NCBI GenBank assembly: GCA_964057225.1 | Contig: OZ059899.1 | Span: forward strand, 6,634,001-6,698,000 | Direction: 5' to 3' | Length of the DNA: 64,000 bases | Source of the DNA: Auanema rhodensis | Lineage: Eukaryota; Animalia; Nematoda | Shown: piece by piece, positions 27,381 to 41,629 of the stretch | Layout: every line of letters starts with the position of its first letter | Numbering within the stretch: position 1 is the stretch's first letter | Made by a program: the position numbers and the translations under genes | Notes under the pieces: model-generated | Told to the model about the DNA's origin: nothing | What the model saw: the letters and a program-made list of their open reading frames with translations, nothing else | Databases searched by the model: none

Positions 27381-30090
27381 ATGTTCGAGAAAGGTGTGAT
27401 AATGTTGAATGTTTCATCGCCTATATGCCAAAGTCCGTCTAGTCCACCACGAACATCCAGGAAGCGGGTTTGTCTTTTTCAATTTATATATGAAACCCCT
27501 TATAGTTTTTGATTCTACTTATGCTAGTGCAATACTCAAAATTACATCCTCAATAAAAAAGTAATAGGGATTCAAAAAAAGAAATTATGTTCATAAGTGA
27601 AGAAATAAAAACAAATGTATGAGTTATAAGTTTTAAGTTTTTAATTTTTCACAGCATAACTAAAGAATATTATTTGCGCAAATCATTGATATCCACATGA
27701 TTTATAAAATCTATTTTTTTCCAGAAGTTAGAAGATTTCTTTAACGTGTCAGTGGTTAATCGTAAAATTGTGAGTTATATTGTTTATAAGTTTTTTTACA
27801 ATAATTTCTTCAGGATATTCCTACTAGTCCACAGTCCTTGCACACACGTTTATCCACTGGAGGATCTGCAAGAAAAAATTATTTAAATAGATCAGATGTC
27901 ACACCAGCTTCAGTAAAATTTCAATCTTATTAAAAATATTTATGTTTGAAATTTCAGCCGGAAGATATAAGACGATGCTTAAGCTATCGAAGTCCATCTG
28001 TTTCCGATGTAAGAACTAATTTTTTATACAATGAGGCCTTGTTGGTTTTAGAATTTCTCACACGATGCTGAATCACGTTCTGGCGAACATAATGTTGTTA
28101 CAATTATGGGAGAATACCCTAAAAATATGGAAGCTGCGACCCCTATGGAACAGTTTGGAGCACAAACAGTGTTTCCTTTAAAAGAAGTTTTAAATGATGA
28201 TCCTCAAATGATCGAACAAGCGGAGAACGAGGAAAACAACCATGCTTCTTTTAAATTAGACCCTCGGATGGATAGCAAATCGGGACCATCCACATCGGGA
28301 CTTAAATCAGATGGATCTTTCAAAAATATGGATGATGACGAAAACTATTCGAAAATGGACGAAACTTCTTCAAGCACCCAAGGTAATGGAGATTTCGGTG
28401 AAGATGATACAGAATGTGATGAAGAATACGACGAGCTGGAGAGTGTTCGTAGACGATTTTGTCGTAAAGTTTGTAAATTTTAAAAGAACCTTTTGTAATG
28501 TTTTGTGTTATAGCAAAAATTAAAAGCTAAAGTTGCTGTTACTCAACAAGAACTCTATACTGAAGAATATGAAGTTAGAAGAGTGATGAAGAGAACTGTT
28601 GATGCTGTTAGTTTTTTGCTATTTAACTAGAAAGTTTGATAATGTTCTATAGAATGGAGATGAGGCTTTCATAGTATACTGGAAAAACTATAATTACACG
28701 TTCTGTACATTGCAAGCTCGTGCTGATCTGGAAGGCTGTTTGGAGGAACTAAAATTTTTGGAGGAGAAAGAAAAGGGATTAGATGCTATTATGCTTAATA
28801 TTGTTAATAACAGTCATAGGTCTAATGTCCAATAACATATAATTGTATAACTGTATAATTTCAGATATGACAGACCTGTAGATATGATTTTCACGCGATT
28901 TGAAATACCTGATGCTCTTCCTCTAGGCCAAGTAAACATACCAGATGAAACCTTTCACGTTTGTTTCTTTTTTCTCTTTTTATTCTTATCATATCTCATT
29001 TAAGCGAATCGCCAATGTGTCCAAGCACGGTTATTGGAGAATTAAACAACTTGAAGTTAAATGGAATGATATTATTCGTAATTATTATGATAAAGTAGAC
29101 TATTTAAAAAAAAAAAACAGAAATTATTCAAAAAATTACAGAGAAAGCGAAAGGTTGCTCCTCTGTACATCGAGGGATGGCACGTTTCTGCTTATTCTAG
29201 TCTGCCTAAGTTTAAATTTATTGTTGGTGGAAGTACTTGGTCATCTGAAGCAAAGCGATTACGCTACCGAGCTGAATCCGAAGCTTGTGGATGTTGTCCA
29301 TGCCACGACCCATGTGAAAATTGCCAAAAAAGAGTGAGTTAGCAGAACACAGTTTAAAAATATTTATTTTTCTACAGTTCAAAGAAGAACTTGCTTTGTT
29401 CTGTCCAATAAGTAATGGTTTACTTCAAATTCCACCGCCTACTCAGAGAGAATGCTATTACTGGACTTACGAATGTGATGGATATAAACGATGTACATGT
29501 ACAAAATGCGAATACCGACTTTTAAGTGTTGGTGTTTTTAGAAAGTTTTTTACATATAGGATTTTCGTTTTCAGCGGGGTAGGAAAGTTGCACTAGTCGT
29601 GTTTTTTGAATTCAACAAAGGTTGGACAGTTCGTGCTGTTCAAGATATTCGTAAAGGACAGTTTATTGCCGAATATTTGGGCGAAGTAGTAACAAGTAAA
29701 GAAGCCAATCGTAGGGATACAAGTTATCAGTTTGAAATAGGGAAGTTTTGGTATGTTGATGCTCTACCACACGGGTAAGATTCGTTACGTGTAGAAACGT
29801 GTTTAACCTATCATTTTAGAAATGAATCCCGATTCTTTTCTCACAGTTGCAAACCTAACGCTCTAGTCGTTCGCGTGTATGGTTTGAATCAGGTTATTCA
29901 TAAAGTGGGAGTATTTGCTTTAAAAGACATTAAAATGGGTTTGTAAATGATACTTATTTCTGTTCACATTTTTTTTAATTCAGGAGAAGAAATAACGTTT
30001 GACTATCATCCTGATTATGTAGACGGAGAGCCCCACCGTGGCGCAGGTTCATGCTTATGCAAAGAAACAACGTGTAGGGGTTGGCTTTGA
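27381..30090 (+). CDS. SUV39H/SET-25-like histone H3K9 methyltransferase homologue (chromodomain-like + pre-SET + SET + post-SET)
   Basis: Chromo-like segment EEYEVRRVMKR...NGDEAFIVYWKNY. Cys-rich pre-SET. SET motifs KGWTVRAVQDIRKGQFIAEYLGEV, RFFSHSCKPN and GEEITFDY. Post-SET CLCKETTCRGWL*. The start codon (27381 or 27402) is uncertain. Confidence 0.88.
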
Positions 30091-30422
30091 ACTTATCTTA
30101 ATTATATTCTACATATATGCAATTTATGATTTTTATAATATTTCGCATCTATTAATTTTTCAAGTAAAACTATTATATGGCGTTTAACGGGTTCTATGTT
30201 CTTTATGCCTGCAAGTTTTTCATACTATTGTGCTATTAGTTCAATTCTCTGTAAGTATGTTTCATCGAGGATGTTATCCTTACAACTAAATGTATCCGCT
30301 ACAATAAAAGTTTTTACGCGCATTATCTATTCACATTTGAATGATAACATATTTTGTTTGTTATGGACTTGATAAGGCATTAGTGTTACTAGTATTTCTA
30401 AACTTCTAATTCTGTTGCAAAT

Positions 30423-33034
30423 ATGAAAGAATTATCATATTTTAATATTTGGCTATCGTTTTGTCTTATATTTCATCAAGGATTTGCTAGTAATTCAAAC
30501 ATTCCTAATTATTATAACAATGGGGCCGAAGTTAGAACTCCTAGCGGTTCTACATGGACTACTAAAAAATATGCAACTGATGGAACAGTTGTCTATTCAT
30601 TCAAGGTAAAACGTGTGAGCAAATGTCAATATGGGATTTGCAGAATATACCGTTTGCTAAATCTCCTATTGTGAATCAAAAAGCTTTACCATTGGAAGAA
30701 ATTAATACATGGAGAAATGTTTACAATGCGACTAGTTAGTATTTTTTCAACATTGGTTTTGAAAGGATTCCAACAGGTTTTGAACCACCTTGTCAAAGCT
30801 TTTCATACAGTATCAATGACCGACCGTGTTCCAAAGAAAATTGCTTGTTCACACATATTTTCACATCGGAAAAATGTCTAGTATGTTCAAAGATATAAGT
30901 AACAAAAACTATTTTTTAATTAATTAATATAGTCATTAAATTAGATAATTGAAAAAAGAAAGAAATATATAAAAAACAATATCGTTATTCAGAATACCCA
31001 ACAGTGTCCAATTTTACTTTATATACATGAAGATATAACAAATAATTCAACTATCCCATTTGACGAAAAAAAAATATTAGATGAATATGTCTCACATGGT
31101 TGTTTAGTCAAAGCAATATATAATATAGCTATGATTATTCCTATTTAGATGTCGTAGTCGTGATCTCTGTATATAGAAATGGAAATCTGAATTTATTGAA
31201 TCTTCACAATCCAGACATGATCTTAGAAGACATATCCATTCAAGGTTTTTTTCGGTTCATTCATGTATAAGTTAACAGGAAATGTTAAGACATTATTTTT
31301 ATTTTGAAATGGACTATTAAGCATATTTCTTCATTCGGTGGAAATAAGAACCAAGTATCGCTTTTAGGTTATTCAACAAGTGCAAACCTAGTATTACATT
31401 TAACCTTGTCAAAAAAAATTGATCCAGAATTGAAGTGAGTTTTTGCAGGATTATAAAAATATAGATTTAATCAGATAAAAAACGAAAAAAATATATATTT
31501 TGAATGCAACCGCTTATATGTCACTTCTTTGCTGAAATGATTTTTCAATTGTTCTAGCACCCACGCTATATTCTAATTACATATGCAGTGAAATCCTTTT
31601 TTTATTTTCAATTTAATGAAGTCCAAAATAGAAATCAAATATAGGGTTTGGAATTTATTTTAGTTATTTTTTATTTTTCATTATTTTGCTTATAGATTAT
31701 TTCAACAAGCAATAGCCTTATCTCCAAAACTCAATCGTATTGTTGATAATTTCAGTTATGAATATACAATTGAATTTTTAAAACGCATAGGGGTTGAACA
31801 TATGTTATTCTCATCTTCAATTTCATTTTGCAGTGTTTGAGAAAGTCTCTTGGTTCGGTGACATTCAGATCAATTTCTAAGATTCAAGCTGACTGTTTTC
31901 AAAATAAAACGATGGAAACAATAATTGGGTGAAGAAGTAGCATTGAGTTATAGTAACTTTGTTTTGATTAGGATATATCATGAGCTCAAAGAACAAGGCT
32001 CAAAATTGATTGAACTACCTCAAGCACAATTTGCACATCCACTATATGATTATATTAAAAATCCACCGGTTGCTAATACTTTATATTTAAAAAATAATTT
32101 AATTTACTTTGAAGAGTCGCCCACTCTTATTGGGCTTCTCAGAATTGGATCATACGAATTCATTGTATGATAGACATAGTATGAAAAACATTTGCAACTT
32201 GTTGGCATTATCCGACTGTTTAGAAACCACATGGAAGTATTTGAATCATTTTCACAATAAAAGTCTTGGTTAGTCATCATTCCTTTGCTCATTTTTCGAA
32301 TTTGAATGTTCAGGATTTAATTTTTCTATTCAAACACAAGAATTATTTCTTCTCATTGATGCAGTTTCCAAATCTTTAGCTGAAACCGGAGCTAAAGTAT
32401 GATATAACCAACTTTCATGTATCATTTTTTTCCTTGAGGTTTTTCGATATCTTTATGGTGATCATTCGAATCATCAAGCATTTTCAAATGATATGCTGAC
32501 CAATCATACGGAAAAAAATCAATTGATGCTGTCAAATTTGTTTTCACATTATATATTGAATTTTATAAAACTTGGATATCCTTCGAAGTTATGGCTGCCG
32601 TATCAAGAGACATATGATTCATATTACTACATTGAGGTGAACTGGACGACAAGAAATGTCCCGCACAATTTGTTTGAATATCACAGGTTTTCCTTTTAAT
32701 TTTTGGAATTCAAACCGGTATTGTTTTAAAGAAAGGTGGCTGATTTTTGGACAAATATGAAAAAACATGACACTACATATTATCAAAGAGATCTACATTC
32801 ACAGGTTAGAATTTTATTTAGAATTTAATTAAACAATTTATTTAGACCATTGACTTATCCAATTCACAATTCAATCATATGTTTTATATAATTTATTTGG
32901 TTTTATGTTTTTTAGCATTGGCTTTAGGTTTCCTATTAGGATTAATATACTATTCAAAACAGCCTCAATACCATATGTCTACTGAAACTGAGTATACACC
33001 ATTAATACCATCTGACAAATTTTTCAACTTTTAA
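30423..33034 (+). CDS. Type-B carboxylesterase-like (cest-like) protein with C-terminal TM helix; degenerate active site
   Basis: Signal peptide; YSFK/NIPFAKSP; ENCLFTHIF; FGGNKNQVSLLGYSTSA; NFIKLGYP; C-terminal hydrophobic stretch followed by YTPL. The HGG oxyanion motif reads YIHEDI. Confidence 0.85.
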
Positions 33035-33581
33035 AAATTTTTACTTCACAAATTATATTGCATAATCTAAGCATTATATTATATAATTCAGTAAAGATTC
33101 ACAAACGTTTTTTTCTGTGTTTCTTTTACTCTTCCACCCGAAACCAAGATATTTTTAACATTGATAACAGATAATACAGTTCAGAAAAACATCTGTAATT
33201 AATCTCTTAAATCGAATTAATATGATATATTTCATTGAATTCAAGTTATCATCAAACTCCAAACTCCAAAAATGGAGGAAATCTTTTCTGCATTGCGAAT
33301 CTTTTATCATCTTGGACATGAATAAAGATGATTTGGAATAAAAAAGCGTATTTATTTCTTTAAGAGTAAGTAACAATATCGTATAATATATATTTATCAT
33401 AAATTATATCAATTAATAGGCGAACTAAGATGAAAAAAACAAATACATATATAATGATAGTGTCATTCTTTTCTTATCAACTTCTATTCATCTGTATCAC
33501 TCGTCTTGTGATATAGTGTGCAGTCACTTAAGTTGAGCTCTACCTAAAAGTTTTCAAGATTTGATGGAACATCTTTGAAAA

Positions 33582-36278
<2,697 letters not shown>

Positions 36279-36371
36279 AAAGAAATAAAGAATACTTCAA
36301 ATACTGTTCGAACCTGGATTCTTTTAGAGCCGGATATAATTCGAACTATCGTCAGTCAATGTAACTAATAT

Positions 36372-36495
<124 letters not shown>

Positions 36496-36720
36496 ACGAA
36501 CACAATTTATATAAAATGGGTTGAGAAAAATCATATTCTGTTCAACATTTGCAATAAATTTGTTAAAATCATGATTCGTATTGCAATAAAAATGAAAAAA
36601 TGAAAACTTTACACGCAACGAACGTGAGTGATCGAAATTCACGTCACTTACGTAAGATATATTTCATACCTATGAGTTATTTATTATTTACTTCACTTGG
36701 AAGGTGGTTGTGATAAAACC

Positions 36721-37449
36721 ATGGCTGGTAAAAAAGTTGATCTTCCCTTCAAGCTAAAGGTGAATCTTATGATTCCAACTATGATTGAAATACATAAATA
36801 TAGTTGGCAATGAATTTTATTTAGGCAGAGCCAGAAGACAAACTAGTTTTCAAATTCAAGGACGAAAAAACAGTTGTACTTGAATTGAAAGTTACTAATA
36901 TTTTAGAAGCAAGACAAACCATTAAGGTACCAAAAACAGCACTATTCAATAATTGTTCCTTACCAGGTGAAATGTACCGACAATGATTTATTCAGAGTTC
37001 GGCCACCACTCACATTTATTAAATCTGGAGAGACGGCTACAGTAACGGTAAAAAAAATTGGTTAATTGTTACTAATCTTTTACTCCAGCTAACTGCTAAA
37101 GTAGAAACTATGCCTGATGCTGGTCACTTTTTCGCTATTTATCATATGGCTAGTGATGAGACTGAAAAGCCAGCACGACAGGTATGGACCCCTGAAGCTA
37201 AAGCTGAAGGTGTTATACGAATTCCTGTATTTTTTGAGAAAGAGGCTAGTGAGGAAAAGGTCAGTTACCCTACATTGAAAAATTATTAATATATTCGATT
37301 ATCAGGCCAAAGATGAAACCAAGAACGAAGAAGGTAAAGATGATAAAGAAGAAAAGAAGGAGGAGAAGCATGACGAAGAAAAGAAAGACGAGAAAAAAGA
37401 GAATGAAGAAGTTAAAAAAGATGACAATAAAGAGAATGAAGCCAAGTAG
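36721..37449 (+). CDS. MSP (major sperm protein)-domain protein with a charged K/E/D-rich tail
   Basis: MAGKKVDLPFKLK|AEPEDKLVF...LELKVTN...IK|VKCTDNDLFRVRPPLTFIKSGETATVT|...HFFAIYHM...PARQVW, the MSP-domain VKCTxN.FRVRP pattern. The last exon is KDETKNEEGKDDKEEKK...EAK*. Confidence 0.9.
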
Positions 37450-37586
37450 GCGTACTCGACCCTTTGCAATAAAGTCATGATTTGATTTCTAATTTTACTT
37501 CCATTATAATAAAAACTAACAACAACAATATTGCACTTGAAAACAAAACACAACAATAAAGAGAACAGGATAATAATAAAAACAAA

Positions 37587-37979
37587 TTAGACATCTAAGA
37601 GAGCTGCACTTTCTCTTTTCTTGCCAACTAAATGCCTCAGACGCGTTGCTTCACAAACCTGTGACAGTAATACTAGGATTGGACACAGTAGATTAAAAAT
37701 TTACCAAATTAACTTTAACACTATTTTCGACTTGAGCCTTAGTGCCTATTTGAAGGATACGACCAGTAGCCCATCCTCCTTCTTCCTCACTATATTCTAC
37801 GCAAATTAAACATCCTTTCCGGTAATTCTACATCCTCTTATTATTATTATACTTTTAGAAGAAATAACCTTTGCTGTTTGCATAGATACGGATATTATAT
37901 CATATTGATTGCAATAGTCGAAATAAACCATAACATACCTACTCTCAGTAACACCCTGTTTTTTAGCTTCTTTGCACAT
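37587..37979 (-). CDS. Small uncharacterised protein (about 100 aa, 3 exons)
   Basis: Two short GT-AG introns join into MCKEAKKQGVTESRYVMVYFDYCNQYDIISVSMQTAK|NYRKGCLICVEYSEEEGGWATGRILQIGTKAQVENSVKVNL|VCEATRLRHLVGKKRESAALLDV*. It is absent from the ORF track and its start is uncertain. Confidence 0.6.
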
Positions 37980-38209
37980 TACTGAAAGTCTTGTAACACT
38001 TTCACACGGTAATATTTAGAAAAAAGTAGTAATGTTAGAATTAACTCCTAATTCAGTTAAATGCAGAGTAGAAAAAATGAATTTACTTGGATATCAAGCT
38101 TGTCAACTAATAAAAAAACAACAACAGGAAACAATAATGTATATATTGCATAAACAGAAGCGAAGTATCAAAAAGTAATCAGTAACAAAATAACAGCCAC
38201 ACATAACAA

Positions 38210-40039
38210 CTAATAGAAATAAGCTATAAGCTTATCATTATTTTCAGGAGCAATACAGGCATCCATCGTGATTCTCATATAACCTCCATTTCCCCATTTC
38301 TTCCAGACACTACCTATAGGCATTATATGCCAGAAATTCATAACCTTAGATGTAACAGGATGTAAACTCTTTCCTAAAGAAATAAATGATTCAAATTAGA
38401 AAACTATGCAAACCATTTCCGATTACGAGAACATACGCAAAAGTAGTGGCTTCAGAAGCGCACATTTCTTCAATGAAAGTTCCATTTTTGTAATCAAAAA
38501 AGGTGTTACACACAAGAAGATTAGTAACAAATGGTCCGTTGGAAAGAAGCCATTTGGTTTTGAAATCGCGATCAGATCTCGTATACTCGATTTCATAAAG
38601 ACCCGTATCATTGTCCTATGTTTTTCATTTTAGAGAATAACCGACATTACAATTACTTACATCACATTTCGCAGAACTTTGTGAACTAGGTTTCTTTGAG
38701 GTATTTTTTGTTTTAATGTTCTCATGGATAGTTTTTAAAGCCATCTTGATATTCCACTTCATTGAACAATCGTCTGAAAACCAAAATTGTTTGCAATAAA
38801 ATCAGTCTATACTTTACCATTAAATACGATACTGTAACTGTAGTCCATAAAATTGATTTCAGAATTTTCTTTTATATTAGGTACGGATACCTGACGGGTT
38901 TTAAAACTAACAGAAGTTGTTGAATCAACACCAGTCTAAAATTTAATTTTAATAAGTTTTCAAAATTCATATTTATGTTAAACCTCAGATCTCCTTTGAT
39001 CGTTCCAATCACTAAAAATTGTCAAACCAAAAGCAGTTAGGTTTTTGTACTTATTATTCAAAGCATTAATTGAATCTTGAGATTTATTAAATTGATTAAT
39101 AGCCTCACATTTTTCCTCGTCAGATTCAAAGACTTTGCCTTCCCTAAACACAGTGAAAATAAATATGAAGTTTTAAAGATTCTTACGTCTCAATAAACTT
39201 TAGGAAATGCTCCTTAATCTGATCAGTATACTGTGAAAGGCAGTTAATTAAAATAGAAGAATCGTTTTCTTCTTTAATACTCTCAGTTTCCCCACTATCA
39301 GCAAAAGATTGTTCGAGATCCAAATATTCAGATTTCTCTGATGTGGTCTCATTATATGTTCTAAATTATCTTCCTTAAAAGGAAGTAAATTTCATAAATA
39401 TCTCACATCATCATTCCAGACAGTAGCACCTGTGTCATATTATTATTGACAACAGTAGTATTGCATTCAGCTCCTTGGCAACTACTATCTAAAAATGAAA
39501 TTTATATAGATAAATTGTGTAGGACTTGCCAGTTCTCAGCACAAAAGCCCAAACTCCAAAAAATATTAGAAACAGTAAAATTGTTGCTAGAATAATGAAA
39601 AAAAGTCTATAAATATAAACAATTTAATGTTTTTAACAAAGAAAACTAACGTTCTGAGCAAATTCTTCCTCTTATCATTTTCACGAATGTCCCTAAAGAA
39701 AAATGGTTCGAAAAGGTACACATATACTACTTACGAATCTTTATCCATTTTGATTAAACTATATGAGCCTCTCGACTTTCCTTTGGCAGTTTTTTCAGGT
39801 GTTACCGGATAGCTCGATAAATTATTTTTATCGTGCTTTGAAGGACCACCTGCATGAATCATTTTTTGTTACGTAAATCTATAATTTTAAAATCATGCAA
39901 AGTGCTCACCCATTAATGGAGCAGAAGGATTGGATGTTGTATCATCGTCTGTTGGGGAAGCGCTAGGTTCGTGCCGTTGCACATTGTAAGACGCATGGCG
40001 AAATGTACCGAACAAATCATACGATTTTTTTTCTGACAT
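38210..40039 (-). CDS. Type II membrane-anchored papain-family (C1A) pseudoprotease with an I29-like prodomain
   Basis: Cytoplasmic N-terminus, then TM segment LFFIILATILLFLIFFGVWAFVL. I29-like segment HFLKFIETEGKVFESDEEK...FGLTIFSDW. Mature-domain landmarks NDDCSMKW, NGPFVTNLLVCNTFFDYKNGTF, YVLVIGNG and WGNGGYMRI. Stop TAG at 38210-38212. Confidence 0.82.
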
Positions 40040-40813
40040 CTGCAATTACACTATTAATTAATATTCATACAACTACATTCTAAAAATAATTTTGTTAAAC
40101 ATAGCTGTAAGACAATTGTATGTCTGAAAGTACATCAGGTTAATAAATATCAAAAACTAAATACAAAGTTATATGAATTCATGCTGAATCAAATTAGGAA
40201 ATATCGAGAATGACCATTTAAGTTTTACTAAATTCGTCGTTGACCGGAAGTGGACCAGTCATGGGAAAACTGTCAATACTCGAACTCAGTTATGCAAAAC
40301 TCCTACTCCTATGATCATATCGTTTTTTCCCAATGGAATATTTAATGATCAAGGAGTATGCATGTAACTGATATGAAATCATGAAAGTTCTCAGAAAGTT
40401 TCGAAACAAGCTAACTATTTCACGTGATGATTTATGACAGTTCATCGTTGCTATTAAAACCAGTGCATATGCTATAACCGGTTGTTAATAGGTAACGTTA
40501 ATTTAATATTTCCGAACACTAAAGAAGTACAGATATGTAAAATTTTTATTCAAATTGAATTAGTTGATGATTAGTACAATGGTTATTGTTGAACTAATAT
40601 GTACAAAAATTCATGACAGAAGCAAAGACAAAGATCGAAGGAGACTTCAATTTATCTGGCAGAACTGTTTCTGATACGAACCAACTTTGGCCCTACTTTT
40701 CTGTTCAAAACAATCATCTTGTTTAAAATTGATATGTTCATTTTAAGATTTTTTTCTTGCTTTGAGCAATTGTTATTGTTTACAAAGATATATACAAGGT
40801 GAAATATGCCGAG

Positions 40814-41629
40814 TTAGAAGAAGACCCTCTGATCCCAGTTGTAGTTATTATGCCTGTGGCTCCAGTCGTAATTGTGGCGAACAATAGGCGGATGTATAAC
40901 CTTCTGAAAATTATGAAATTTCTAATTTTACTAACAAACAGAAATTCTTACAATATATTTGGCGGTTTCCTCCATTATCCTGTTTGAAGTTTCTTTTGGA
41001 AAATCTTTGAGATACTCTTGTATTTTTTCTGCACCATAGATGCTGAGTTTTTTGTATATACATTGCATTAAGGATGGCCTAATAAAAATAAATGTCTAAG
41101 TAACATAGGTAAAAATACCTATAATTAGCGGCTTGGGCTTCTAGAATAGCATCAATAAGGGATTCAGCTTTAAGCTTGCATGATTCTTTACTTAATTCAA
41201 CATCTATAAATTTCTCTAAGTCGTTTTGAACTGTTGGTATTTGGAATCGATTCGAACAATGAATAAGAGCAGCCAAGTTTGAATCTTCAATAAAATAAAA
41301 TCATAAAATGAAAAACTATTAATATTAGACCTTCTATTTTCTTGGAAAAAAGATGATCTTTATTAGGACAACAATATTCAAGCAGTTCTATCATGTCCGA
41401 TAATTCGACATCACTAACCTCCACACGTCCATTTTGTGCTTCAGCGAATTTTTCACCGAAACAAACTCTAAATTGTTCATAAAATTCAAAATCCTTGATG
41501 AAAATAATGAGTATACTGAGCAAAATAAGGCGATATTTCTGCCATCCAATGAGCATTAATAAATAATGATCCACCAGATAGAGCTATTTCAAATTTTCTT
41601 AATGGTGATTCCAAGCAGAATTTCGACAT
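40814..41629 (-). CDS. BTB/POZ-domain protein
   Basis: MSKFCLESPLRKFEIALSGGSLFINAHWMAEISPYFAQ|VCFGEKFAEAQNGRVEVSDVELSDMIELLEYCCP...DSNLAALIHCSNRFQIPTVQ..., a nematode BTB pattern. Ends WDQRVFF*. Confidence 0.88.

Noticed and set aside
30090-30423. SET gene and first cest gene as an operon (AATAAA about 120 nt before the next ATG)
   Set aside because: There is no clear TTTCAG-like acceptor before the ATG, and local GATA sites suggest an independent promoter.
36306-36346. GTTCGAA-containing hairpin resembling a tRNA T-arm
   Set aside because: There is no cloverleaf or A-box, only a short inverted repeat after the cest polyadenylation signal.
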